A stretch of DNA of 62,207 bases, the filler included, from Gonapodya sp. JEL0774 (Eukaryota), in NCBI GenBank assembly GCA_027604505.1. It is 10 parts of 10 records of this genome, joined end to end, with 100 filler letters (N's around TTAATTAATTAA, not from the genome) between each part and the next. Parts side by side here need not be neighbours in the genome. Positions count along the whole stretch, not along the records: positions 6,302 to 12,482 come from JADIIX010000622.1; positions 12,583 to 18,741 come from JADIIX010000623.1; positions 18,842 to 24,981 come from JADIIX010000624.1; positions 25,082 to 31,209 come from JADIIX010000625.1; 6 more parts are not named here. One strand, given 5' to 3'. Under the pieces are notes generated by a model that was not told the origin of the DNA, searched no databases, and saw only the letters and a program-made list of their open reading frames with translations. Both the position numbers and the translations under genes were made by a program. Below, piece by piece: positions 12,401 through 25,275 of this stretch. Within the stretch, counting starts at the first letter, position 1, and every line of letters starts with the position of its first letter.

Positions 12401-14420
12401 AGAGCGATGACCCGAGTATGGATTCAAAGCACATGATAACATGAAGTTGTTTACAAAAGCGATCAGTGTGCGCCGTGAGTCGNNNNNNNNNNNNNNNNNN
12501 NNNNNNNNNNNNNNNNNNNNNNNNNNTTAATTAATTAANNNNNNNNNNNNNNNNNNNNNNNNNNNNNNNNNNNNNNNNNNNNACACGTGTCAGGGACTCG
12601 TCCGTCGGAGTGTGAACTTGGGATAACATATGGGGCTGAGAGGACGGCGCATTGCACATTGGGTGCACCATCTCGGACTTGCGCGCTTGAGTTTCTTTCG
12701 GTGGTAACGCTCGTGGGAGAGTGCAGAATCGTCGAGTCGTTACTGAGATTCTGAACTGCATTAGCCATCATGCTTCATCTTTATTGTATTTATTTGAAAA
12801 GCTTTCTTGGTAGAAGATTGAATTTTTTATGTTGGATAAAGATCATATAGTCGAGCACAACACGCAAGTATTGACTGTGTCGTCCGGGGTGGAGTTACAG
12901 ATGAGTCCAAAACCCAAGCATGGTTTCGGCAGTCTGAAAACCGCAAGAAGGTACCGCCTCACGCAACATGCACGAACGCGCTACTTGGAGTTCAAAGCCA
13001 ACGATCGGAACGGTGCGGTTTTGTCCGAGAATACTTCAGAAAATGCAACTCGATGTGTTTGAGCAAAGACAGCTACACCGTCCGCAACCAAGGACTGCGA
13101 TGGAAAATCCGGCAATGCACCAACAATACTCTTTTTCGCGATCAGCTTCAGTGTAGATACAATGTGAAACCGTGAGAGAAGAGCCACGGAATCAACATGG
13201 CGCAGCAACTTCTCTTCAAAAGCGTGACTCCATCCGCAAAAGGAGAGAGCAGCTTGTGGAGACAACTTTGTGGATGTAGATACCGTTGTTTCGGATAACT
13301 CTTTGAACGAACAAAGTGTTCGGAATCGAGGCGGTTTCATTCGCAACTGTGACAGGTCATACGATCTATATTCCCTGTGTCGATTCGTTTCCGTGATTTC
13401 GAAAAGCGGGAGTACGATTGAATATGAAAAAAAGAGAAAGTCACCAGAGAGTGTCGATTGAAGACTGCCAGTTCTATGTCGAACGGGGTCAGACCTGAAC
13501 TGGACCTGAAGGACAGCTCTAGTGCCTCACTGAAAAGTAACGGCCGGAGGAAGGCCGTGATGGCGATCGGGATCCAATCGTTCTTCCATTGTGGGCAGAT
13601 GCTGATGTGGTGAGGTCGCGCATGGGACACTCGCACAGGGTGACAGGATGAAGGGATCGAAAAAGCACAAAATCTGAGATTATCCTTGAAAGTCAGAGGC
13701 GATGCGTTTCTGAGTCAGCTCGGTGAGTGCCGAGTGAAAAGTCTTGAAACGGGTTCATTTGATTCGTTCCTCTGTGGGGAGAGAGACCCACAACGAAGAC
13801 CCATTCAGGGGCGAGCTCGGAGACGTAAAATCGCGCCATATTCTCTAGAATATCCCTGCGGTTGCTGCGAATGACTGTACAAAGTAGCGCCTCGTCCAAT
13901 ACTGGACATTTATCATCGGGTCGTAATTCCGAGAGTACACCCCTTCACCCGAGGCTCTTCCGTCAGCTTTTCCATCGTTTTCCCTTCGCACAAGATGTTC
14001 GTCGCAGCTCAGAGAAAGAGTAGTCGCCAGGATGCCTGTTCCATTGACATATACACACCCAATGATGTAGGATATCCAACTTCGCCCGTATGACCATCAC
14101 TCCCGGCAGTCCAGAACGTTCTCCAGCACATTGTTTTCTTTGATGTTTCGGAGGCTCGAAGGTCAAGACATGTTTGGTTGTTGCGAGAACAGAGATCTTC
14201 ACGTCGCCGCATTAACAATGATAAACGAGTGACCACTTTTCGCCTCGCACTCATTATGGGCATAGTGTAAACTCATTCAGCACATTTTTGGGAGCGGCTA
14301 TTCACGCGTTCGTTTGCGTTACCATTGTTGAGAGTCTAAAGTGGTGATGCAAGGTAACGTTGTGAATATTGCTAAATGAAAATATATATGTAATAATGGC
14401 TATCTGATATTTACATAAAT

Positions 14421-14492
14421 GAGGGGTTGGCGTAATGGTAGCGCGTCCGACTCCAGATCGGAAGGCTGGGGGTTCAACTCCCTCACTCCTCA
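14421..14492 (+). tRNA. tRNA-Trp (anticodon CCA), intronless
   Basis: Acceptor stem GAGGGGT/ACTCCTC plus discriminator A. D-arm TGGCGTAATGGTAGCGC, anticodon arm TCCGA-CTCCAGA-TCGGA, T-loop GGTTCAACTCC. Confidence 0.96.
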
Positions 14493-14493
14493 C

Positions 14494-14498
14494 TTTTT
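14494..14498 (+). terminator. RNA polymerase III T-run terminator
   Basis: TTTTT starts 2 nt after the tRNA discriminator base. Confidence 0.8.
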
Positions 14499-15083
14499 GG
14501 CGCTCTTGCATTTTGCATTTTGCCGAGCGAAACGTTTCGGCCAGTTGAAGTTTTTGTTTTGGCCCGTGAGTTGGGGTATGTGTACTTGAGGCTCAAGTGG
14601 AACCACAGTGGGCTTCGTATGCAGATACCACAAAGATGTAATGAAGCTCTTTCATATGTAAAAGGGGACACAGGGAAAAATCAGGTGATTCCCATGGCTG
14701 ATTACCATCGCTTTACCAATGTGAATTTTTCCCTGGATGGTAATTTCTTTGAGACCACACAGGTAATGTGTCTTTTCCACCCATTTACCATTCCCTGAGA
14801 TCCATGTGATACATTAGACCGTAGGTACTTGGCAAAATACCATCTGAACCTAGGGTAATCATCAATTGTATTCAGCATGATACCACGTTGTGTTGATACC
14901 AACCCCTGCTTGTAGTGATTCCATTACAACTCTGAGAAATATACCACGTGGTAAATTGAGAGGGGAATTCAAGAATACCTTTGCTACAATATAGTCTCCT
15001 CTCTGTCTTGTTTTACCACCATGGATAAAAAGACAGAGTCCACGAGATCCTCATGTGTATATAGTATTTACATTCACTAAAAT

Positions 15084-16770
15084 CTACTTTAAGAGATGTC
15101 TTTCACCCATCAGGAACTGGACTAATGTGTTGGCACATATCACAGTAGACTTCTCAACCTCAAGGTGCAGATGGTGTGTTCCAGGGACAAGGTGAAACTG
15201 TGTTATGTATGAATCAACGTACCACCAATGTTATAGGTTTTGAATACACAGAGTATGATAATTAGTTTCTCCACACCTCACACACACCAATTCACTTACC
15301 TGAAAGTTTTTGAGCCCAACAGAGGTCTGCAACAGAGCAATCCTTTTCTCAACTGTGTGTTTCCTCTCTTCTTTTCTATAGAAACTATCAGTTCCTGCAA
15401 TCACCATTACTGGACATTGTATTGCCATGAATGTAGCCTCAATCCCAGCAGCAGTAGATCCAAGGTACACTGCATGAGGTACTGTGAGTTTCACATCTGA
15501 AGACCATGAGTATCCCAGGAGAGAGTTGGATGTTTTATCATGAACAGGTACCAGTCCCCTCTTGCAGAGGATATGGGCAGCAGTTTCTGATATTGGTACA
15601 AGAGCTCTTGGATGACTCCTCACTTTCACAGCATCCTCAATAGTTGGAAAGATTGTCTTCTGGCTGTTACGCTCTTTGGCCTCCAGGTAAACTCTCAGAT
15701 TGTCTGGTGTCCTTGTTTCTGGAAGTGCCAGAGGACCAAAGTTGTCGACAAAGGTGAGAGACTGAGGAAGAGTTGGGAAGGTACCAGCAGCAGTGGACAA
15801 TATAGAGGCACCCACTAAGTGGCCAACAAAGTGTGGTTTAGGAAATGGAAGTCTTATCAGGTGAAAGGAATTAAAACAAGTGACAGAATTATGGACAAAT
15901 GATTTCCAGGTGGTCAAAATGTGCAAAACACCAAATAAACAATGTAACTACTCACTGTTTGAGGACTTTATACACATCAAGCACACTGTTTTATGCCAAG
16001 TTCAAATTGCTCTCTCCAAAGTGCTAAAAAAGACTGAATCCAATATTCACAGAACACTCACTGCTGACTGAGCAAGTAGGTTCCTTCTGTAACATGATCT
16101 GAGCGTCCATGACCTGCCACCTATAACACAAAGCATGTAGGCAAGAGTCCAGGAGGGCCACTAAGATGTATATTCCCCTAACATATGTACGCTGTAGGAG
16201 TGATTGCTGCACTCACATCCAAGCATACAACATCCCATGTAGAGCTTGGAGACTTTAATTTTGCATATTGAAACATGAGCGGGACCATAACGTCGAAAGT
16301 TGCTGCGTTGTCGAGGTACTAATAACGAAAAAGTTGAGCTGCCGCATCACTAAACAGCAATGCTCGCATACAACAGCTCCACCCACCCCATGTAGCATCA
16401 CAACCTGAACAGGCTTCGCATTCAAATTCGTGGAGTTTCCCATCGTCCACCGTTTTCCAGCGATTTGATGATTCGGGGCCACGAGGAACGAGACTTCGTC
16501 GCATCGGTAGTCGAGCTGAGAGGGCAAGTCTGAGCCATCAGGACTCAATAGGGACAAAGAATTGTTCTCAAACGACGAGAATATGCGCTCGATTGGACGA
16601 AGATTAATCGGTGAGGGCTGGTGGAAAGAGGCGTGCAAGTTTTCTGGTTGCGAAAACGAGCACCATGAAAGGGATCGCCAAGAACCGGAGAGGGAGGCCG
16701 AGAGAATTAATCCATGAGAAAAAGCTGAAGGCAATCGCTGCCAGTGTGGGCAAGTCAGTTGGAAAATCAT
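15084..16770 (-). CDS. SERHL-like alpha/beta-fold hydrolase, multi-exon; nucleophile position reads Leu
   Basis: Spliced frame reads VVMLHG/YLDNAATFD...VVCLD/VAGHGRSDH...FVGHLVGAS...YSWSSDVKL...IQCPVMVIAG...VPGTHHLHLE. Stop at 15086-15084; start uncertain. Confidence 0.85.
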
Positions 16771-18841
16771 CGGATGAGTACACCACTTCCCTTCAGCTGG
16801 TGATACTGTGAGACACAAACCCTGCCCCCTGTTCGACCTTTCGCGGTTGTGGCAAGTGTTTGTGCCCCATCACTATAAGATTTATGATATTGAATATATT
16901 TCGCTTATACAATGAAAAGAATGTCCTCTGATGATGTGAAACTGGACACGAATTGCCTTACCTCCACTACGTACTGAGCACAACACTTCCACGCTGCAAC
17001 GCATGTTTTCCCGCGTTTAGTTCCACACTTGTGCAGCCTGTGTTGCTCGTTGGTGCGAGTGCTGAACCAAGCGGGGGAAGGCGACAGTAGAGACGTTACA
17101 GTCACAATGAAAGAAACCATCAGAGTAAACACAGTTTCAACCTGGGCACGAAACAAGCGACCAAGCGGCCCCAATGTCAATGAAATTTGCTCGCGTAAGA
17201 TATCCACTTCCACTCTTTGAACAGATTCAAGCGGAGCAAAAGAGTTGGGTTGAGGTACCACCGGTAGCTGAGAGGGTCGGGTCTGCCCAGGCGTACTTCA
17301 TATATAGTGAAGCATCTCCGTCACATGATGCGCCGATTCACCTGTACCTGTGCATCGAAACACACTCCAACACAGCTTCATTAGAACGCGAGTCACCGCA
17401 TGTGATGGTGGACCCCGAGAGAGATCGCACATCCGAACGGTCCGGAGCACGTGCGAAACAGTGAGAGGGAACGAATATCATTCACAGTATATTCGAATAG
17501 TGGGTCCTGAGAGCTCCATACGCTACGTACTAAGACATGCCACTTTGGTCGCCAGAGTTCGCTCTTCCAGCAAATCGAATCATCATCGTGTGCCATATCG
17601 GAGAACAACATAACAGAATGACATTCAATAAGGATAACATGGTCAAATCCGCATCGCGAAGCAAATCACCACGCCAACAAGGTGGGCTGACACATCGCCA
17701 GCGCAATGGCCTGCCGTGAAAAAGATCCAACCACATGGCATGGCAAACTTGGCGCCAATCGCGGTTAGTACGGACTTCAAAGAGAAGACACCGTCGATTG
17801 CTCGCACGCCTATCTTGAAACCCAGCGGCCTGGGGAAAAGCTCCGAAGACTCTTCATTGTCGACGCTAGTTCATTCACCATTGAACACGTCCATGTCCGC
17901 ATCGGGCCTATTCACTAGTGCATTTTGTTCACGCTCTGTCAGTCAAAAGCCAAATCCGAATCCGCAGAAGCGTAAATGAACCCTTGGGTAACACAACGTG
18001 AGTGCTCCAGCCGGTGTTCAGACCCTCCACCTCGCCGCGAATATGGTTCAACAATGACGCCATGTAATGTCAAGTCACTTCAGCAATATGGAGCTCAGAC
18101 CGCAGGCGGGTGGGGTGAGGTCCGTATTCAAAGGGTTTCCTTTGTGGACTGGTCGGTGCGAGGAAGGTTTCTTGAGCGGTGCATCATACGGTGGAAGCCA
18201 CAGCGAGATGTCGTTCCAGTTACCACACCACGTAGCAAAGGAGAAGTCCCTGTCCATCGTCCTTCGCGTTCCTCGTATATCATCCCGTCCAAAAACACAG
18301 GTGTTGTACGGTCCCATTCGATGTAGTAAAGCCAAGCAACAGTGATCCTCTACACGAGGACTAGGCGTGAGTGCATTCCTGGGCGACACACATGAGAGGA
18401 CGGGAATAGTGGTGTGTGACGATGTTCAGGAACATCTGGCACAGAGAATCGAGATGGAGGGCATACGCTAAGTAACGATCCGGAGGAATGAAAACGCTCC
18501 ACGCGAGTGTTGAGAGAGACGTAGAGACCGAATGACCGCGGTGGACGAGTGATCTCAGTGGGAACTCGAGCTCAGTTGAAAGCAAAGAACGAGGTCAGTG
18601 AGCTGCTCCAGAGGATAAGCATGATGAAACAGAACGATTGATGGATATCGGACACGGGTCCATACCATCCAATGTTGGTGGTTCAAACTCGACAGTTACA
18701 ACTCATGGACCAACCTCCGACCTTGTGTGCCTGTTCAAATTNNNNNNNNNNNNNNNNNNNNNNNNNNNNNNNNNNNNNNNNNNNNTTAATTAATTAANNN
18801 NNNNNNNNNNNNNNNNNNNNNNNNNNNNNNNNNNNNNNNNN

Positions 18842-21179
18842 TCGCCCCGAAGACCGGAAAATTCCAACCATCTACAGAGCAGCCGATCTCCCGGCAGCTA
18901 ATCGTAATCGAGGAGCCGTGCGGTCGGGGGCAGGTGCTGTGAGACGAAACGGACAACCTCCAAGTAGCGGCGAAACCGCTGCGACCTCTGGTAAGAATTT
19001 TACGAGCGAGTCTGCTTCCTTAACTCTGTTTGTCTAATGAGTCTGACAGCGGGGACATTGCGCGGCCTATCTCTTGCAGGCGCCAGTGCAGTTGACCACC
19101 AAACATCGGGTGGCCAGAGAGGGAAATCATGCGCGACAGCTTCCCAGGCCACCGAGACATCAGATCATGCGGATAGTTTGGCTACCAGCGTCGTCAGCAT
19201 AAGGGACCGCGCGGAGTCTGTCCCAAAGGGTCGGGGCGGCGGTTCGAATATCAAGTGAGCTCTCCTTCGACACCAATCATTCGATTATGTGTTTTTGTTT
19301 TATCATCTACTCTCGTTGGAAGTAGCCAAAGTGACGTCGCTCTGGTCGAGGCACCAGCGCCGCAATTTGCCAAGGGTGCCAGACCACCCCCGCTCCCTTC
19401 GACCCCAAACCCCAACCCAAGAAAACGCCATCTCTCATCTCAGGAGGAAGAGGAACTGATTGAGGACGGCTCTCGTCGAGGTAAGGCAGAAAATCCGCAG
19501 AGAAGCACAGGTGAGAGTTGGTGAACATTGATCGTCTCAAATGTTAATTCGCTCGTTCTCTGACTCGGACTGTCATATGCACTCGTCACCCCAAGGGACT
19601 AATGCCTTGGCGCGTCGATCCAGCCGTCAACACGGCCCTTCTGAAGGTGAAACGTCCGGCCAAGTGTCGCCAACCGTCTGTGAAAGTTCGCTTGAGACCT
19701 CGAATACATATGGGGAATTGGCGGGCCGTTCCACCAACACGAGTCATGAGACGTCACCCTTTGAGGGAAATGACGGGTCAGTTCTGCTCACAATCAGAGT
19801 AAAAATTTATCTTATCAATATTTTTTCAATTGACAGCGGAGAGGTTGAGCGCAGCCAGTTCTCTCGTGATGGAGGTGACCTCTCACCGAGCAACCAGGCA
19901 TTGGCCCACTTGAACACTCCCACCCTCGTCGACCACCGCGAAGGGACGTCAGGGACACATTTTCCCCAAAAAACGGCTACCTACAACCGGGGTTCGCCGT
20001 CCAGAAAGTCACTGATCGGGTTGGCTGGTCCGCCAGTGGGATTATCGACCTCAACAACACAGCGAGTGAATCCCGCTACTCGGAGCTCACCATCTGGTGT
20101 GTTCTCGTCTGATGAGAACTCAGGGTGCTCAGACAGCTCTCTATCTCCGCCAAGGCCTCCTGCAGGAATGACGGGTGCATGGTTGGTCTCGAATGTCAGA
20201 GCAGAATCTTCTCCGTCAGGAGCCCAGAAATCGGTTATCACTTTAAGTCTCCCGGGTTCCAATCTGACCGTCTCGGATGCCAAAACAGTACTGTTGCAGC
20301 TGGGCGTCACCGACTTGAATGAAAATGGCCTCGCAACTACGACAATCCGACACGGATTTGGAACAGCAAGTGGTGATCCGGAGAGAGCCGTTGCCGTGAA
20401 GCTTCAGTCGAAGGATCAGGTATGGCGAAACTCTCACGTAGACAAGGAGCGGATCATTTAAATATCATCTCATAGGCGATCAACCTCTGCTCCAAGCTGA
20501 CGGGAACAGCATTGAAAGGAAAGAAAGTGTACGCACAGCTCGACAAGGACATTTGCTCCGAGGAGTTTTGGAAGGTCCGAATCGAGAATCTTCCGTACAC
20601 TGTGACAAAAGAAGTGAGTACCTTTTCTTGCTATTGTGTTTAACTGTAATCTCTTCGTTTGGTTCTGTAAAGAGTTCCGTTCTTGCCACTCTTGTAGATG
20701 ATTCTGTGGACCATCTTGAGGGAGTCCTCGAACCTCGTCCCTAAGATTCTTCGAATGGAAGGCTATCGGAAGAGAGGCTGCCTTTCGTGGACTCTCCACA
20801 CGTGGGTTCCGTCGAGGTCAGTAGCTGAAAACTTTCGAGCGGTGAGTGATATCCTAAGCTCTCTAGAGTGCAGGAGGAGTTTCGAAGGACCTGATATCTC
20901 CATCAACCTCTATCCTACCACTGGGCACTGACTTTTGCATGCAATTAGGCGCTTGGCCATAAAGCTGCGTGGATCTGGAAGGATGAACATGGTCGCCGTC
21001 TTGTCCCAAACGACCTCGTGCAACAATTTTCTTACACAATTGTAAATCCGTGCAGAGCTGAGAGAGACCGCGCTTTTGAGATCATGAGTGTGAGGAATAC
21101 CGACAAAGCTACTTTGGCTGGTGCCGAAGCGGGCAATGTTCGACCGGCTGATTTCTTGACCCACGAGATCAACGAATAG
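18842..21179 (+). CDS. Hypothetical protein: long disordered N-terminus plus two divergent RRM-like domains (5' truncated)
   Basis: Phase-0 splicing gives ...AVAVKLQSKDQ|AINLCSKLTGTALKGKKVYAQ (RRM helix-2/beta-4 pattern) then WKVRIENLPYTVTKE| (RNP2-like). Further exons start at 20698 and at 20949 (to 21179). Confidence 0.5.
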
Positions 21180-21788
21180 GGAATAGGGAGCTGTGGATAT
21201 CGAAATCTTTAGGATAGAGTAATGAAGTCTTTGACTGGAACGGAAAATGGTGTTGAAGACTGGGCGGCCGAGACGCAGGAAGACTGCTTGGAGCTTCAGA
21301 TGGTGAACTGTGTGCCGAGCGATTGAGACCCAAGGCGTTGCACCCTGTTCACTTTGGATTCGGCTGCGGTGGAAACTTACCTTGTGGGACTTGACAGCGT
21401 GTTATTCTCTCGTCCTTTGTAGGTCTTGTTTATCTGACGTGGGCCGGTCCCTCGTTTGGAACTGTATTCACAACATATTGAAGGACTTATTTCTGTGTGG
21501 CATTGCATAAATCAATAACAATAACAATGATACTACATAACTTCGTCGGTAAAGCTTATTCCACCGCTTCTTTGACTCGCTGCCGGCCCTTCACACTTCG
21601 TGAATTGTACTACAATACATAGCGCATGTATCGAAGCACTGAGAGGGCCACCGGTCACATAAATTTATGAATTCGACCAATGAAACTTGTTACTAGCTCA
21701 AAGACATTTGAGTTTGCTTTGCTGTGATTGCCTGCGTTGCTTCTGCTATTTTTTACCCGCCTGCTGACTCGCAACAAGCGACGACAAT

Positions 21789-22304
21789 CATGGATACGTC
21801 TCAGTTCTATCAGCACCTTGCCGTCGTACGTTCTGAAACGCGGAGCAGTTCCGCAAATCCGCCATTCGTATCCAGGTTTCCTGATCCGCTCGCTGATATT
21901 CACACTTTCGAGAAAATTCACGAAATTATTTGTAAACGAGTTGAAAATGGTGGAGATCCCGCCGGTGATACGTGCTGATCTGAGTGTGGAACATAGACAG
22001 TGAATATAACCTCATGACCCGAGGTTTAACAGGGAACCAGAAGACAGAATGCGACGTTGCGCCAGCGCATGACAGTAGAACGTTTGTTACTTGGATGGCA
22101 ATCCATCTGTCATCTCTCCATGTCCAGGTTCCACTGTTCTTTCGATCCATTCGAAACAAGAATCCCGTTCCAGTCAGCTCCTGGCGCGCCTTGGGCGTTC
22201 GTATCCACAACCTCTCACACCACCGAATTTCCGAGCAGGGTCGAGGCTTTGACTCTTCGAAACTGAGCACGCCGAATCGGCAAAGCGAAGGGGACTGCTG
22301 GTGA
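21789..22304 (+). CDS. Small hypothetical spliced ORF
   Basis: MDTSQFY...GDPA G|GTGATA intron ...AACAG|GG joins the two ORFs in phase 1. No domain recognised. Confidence 0.25.
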
Positions 22305-23647
22305 GCATTCCCTGTCGTTATACAGATTCGGTGAGAGCTACGACAGCCACATGGAAGTACAAGTCACAAATAGCAGAGATGATAGTAAATCGCGTTTTAC
22401 AGGCAAGAATCGGAGGCGTGGACGTGAGGCCGGGTGGAAGCAAACCCAACTGTATCACAGGTTAGCAGTGCGCGAATAGTACGCATCGCCATCCCGACTC
22501 ACAATCCAAGTCACTGTTCAACAGTGTCCATTGCTTCCGGCGCCCACAATGCGAAATCCGCGGTTCCGATCGGAATCCCCGCTCGAAACGGCAAAAGAAA
22601 GAACACCGGCCCGGAAAGGACCCCGGATTCCGTCGCAACACATTCTGCATCATACACCATTTGATTTTCGCAGCCGTTGCGTTTTCGTCTCGCGATATGG
22701 AGAAACGGAGTGTGTGGGGGTTGGGGGGTGGGTGGGTGGGGGTATTCATGGGGGAGTGGGTGGTGTTGAGTCTGGTTCGGCAGACCCGTCCTGCTCCTGA
22801 CTCATCGAGCTTTTAATAGGTGATTTATCCGGGATGTACATGTGTATCGACGTGGATATTCTGGTCCCACTCGTCCCCACGTACTGGATCGAAACATGTG
22901 ATCACTCAATCCGTTATGTAACCAAAAAGAAATGGATATTATCGTAGTAATGTGAGATCATAATTCGCCGTGCGTGTTCCAGAAGTGTCCGCCAAATAAT
23001 AGACTGAATATTTTGTGTGACCAAAGTAAGTTGGCAGTGCGCGGGAACTGTGGCGCAAACGACTGCGAGCTGCGCGCCAAGAAGTGTGGCGCAAACGACT
23101 GCGCACCTTGTGATGTGCACACTAGAAACGGACCCCCCTCATATACCTGGCACGCCGGTATTATATCGAGCAAGTGGGCTTGATCAACCTTACTTGCTTG
23201 TTTCGGCATTTGGGTGCCCGGGCGACTCCCTCGCCTTCTGGATTGACTGGCGGTGCATTGTCATCGTTGCCTGGCAGAAACTTTTGTTCCGTTTGCGAAC
23301 AAGAAAGTGGGAGGGGGCGTGCGGTGGTGACGGAATGTGCGCAGCCCCCATATGTATCATACTAAACCTTTGCCTCTTCATTATATGACATTGGAGACGC
23401 AGTCAATGTCAACTGCTGGGTCAGGCCCAGTGAGCGGAGCTTTTCTTAACCATCTTGAAGGGCGGTCAGCGGGAGTTTCCTCTCGATACTAGCGAGCAGT
23501 GACACGAACCAGTTTATTTGTTCGGCGGCGTATCATCCTGGATTATAGGTGCTCTTTATTTTTCACCTTTTGGACTTTATTGCACATATATATATGGCGG
23601 TTGTATGATTCAGTGAAACTCGGCCTTTCTCGTACGTGAATCCTTGT

Positions 23648-24904
23648 ATGTCCGGTCCGCAACCGCCCTCCAGTCCATTCCGCCGGCCCGACGATATCAT
23701 TTTCAGCTTGCCACATGCTCCACAGAGCTTCCCAGTCGCGGGAAAGCGGACGTCGCGTGTGTTTGGGGCATCGGCCGAAACTGCAACAACACCCAGACCC
23801 CGTGCGGGGGGTAGCCTACCAGCGCAGCCGGAGAGGCGCCAGTCGCTCAGCTATGATGGGTATGGGAATGGAAAGGCTCACAGAAACGGAAATGGACACG
23901 GTATGGAAAGTCGGAGCCAACCGATGACACTTGATAGAACACTCGGGCAAAGGCGAACGACATCTGACTCGCCGCAGAGGGACCCAAGTGACATTAGAGA
24001 ACGACCAGTCTCATTTCCGTCAGCAATGTCGTCCTCGTCTCCCTCAAACTCTGTTGAAGCATATTCGCCACGCCCACTCTCCGTGCTCCACGACTCGACA
24101 CTTCCGACAACTCTTCTTTGTCCTATATGCTCTCTCCCATCACCCTCGCTTGCCGCACTCAACAATCACCTCGATGTGGAGCACCCATCAGCTCCTTTCG
24201 CTCTCACCTCCCCCTCGTCCAGCTCGGCATCTCAACCTCAGGACGACGTCGCAGACCGGCTCATGGGATGGCTCCGGGGCGCGCAACGCGTGATAGCCGC
24301 ACCCCTCTCTAAAGTCGCAAGTGAAGTCGGGAAGGTTGTTGACACTCGAGTCGCCGAGGAGGTTTTTGCCGAAGCCAAGGAGGTCATTACGAATGTTGTG
24401 AATGGTGGAGCGGTAGGCAATATCAATGGTACCGGGCATGCCGCACAACTTCGTGGCCATTCTGCGAACAATCGTGGTTCCGAATCTGTGGGGTTGGGTG
24501 CTGCCAGATCTCGCACCCAAGACTTCGTCAAAATTCGAAGCGCGGCAGTGAAGAATATCGCTCTCGAAAGCAACAAGATCGAACGAAGAGTAGAGAAAGT
24601 GGGTCGAGAAGGTGACAAGCTTTAGAGCATCGAAGTTGCCGGGAGGTAACGACGTTCGAACTTGCACCTCTTAACGCAGCTCGCTCGAGCCTACCGAGCC
24701 GCCTCGCTTCCCCCGGACCCCGTTCGCCGAAAAGTGCAAGCTAGTGCAGCGGCGAGATGTGAGTGATTCGAAATTTCATCTCATCTGTCTGCCCTTTTCA
24801 AATCAATGTTCCTCAACGGAAAACCCCTGGGACCAACCAGCGATTGAGCGTTCCATTGTTCCCTGGCAGTCAGACAACGAAGTTATCGCCTGTCCTTTCT
24901 GCCG
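23648..24904 (+). CDS. PEP7: PEP7/Vac1/rabenosyn-5 FYVE-domain Rab effector (3' truncated)
   Basis: C2H2 finger CPICSLPSPSLAALNNHLDVEH, then RSRTQDFVKIR...LESNKIERRVEK. The last exon reads IERSIVPWQSDNEVIACPFC, the FYVE WxxD...CxxC start. Confidence 0.88.
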
Positions 24905-25275
24905 GTAAGTGTGTGCGTTCTCGACCCATCATATTGCCAACTTCTTGATCAATGGACTCCGGGATGTTGATTGTTCACAACNNNNNNNNNNNNNNNNNNN
25001 NNNNNNNNNNNNNNNNNNNNNNNNNTTAATTAATTAANNNNNNNNNNNNNNNNNNNNNNNNNNNNNNNNNNNNNNNNNNNNGGTGGTGGTGGGGAGTAGG
25101 AAAGCGTCGCTCTTCATTGAACTTCAATCAGATTTGGAGCGAATAATTCACTTCGTCAAGTCCCCAAATTAACGGAAGCTCCGGCTACAGGCGACAAAGA
25201 GATATTTGTATTTTGCAAAGAAATATTTGTGAATCCGCTATTGCCGTGATACTGCAACAACTGTTTCCCCGACAA

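Noticed and set aside
12829..14300. Many short ORFs upstream of the tRNA (likewise 16900-18700 and 46100-47400)
   Set aside because: No consistent splice path or recognisable domain could be built; left unannotated.
14421..14492. Possible tRNA-Sec or suppressor tRNA
   Set aside because: Anticodon CCA, short variable loop and a standard 7/5 fold indicate ordinary tRNA-Trp.
23049..23103. CRISPR-like repeat-spacer-repeat
   Set aside because: Only two 19-nt copies with a 17-nt spacer, in a eukaryotic context with no cas genes.
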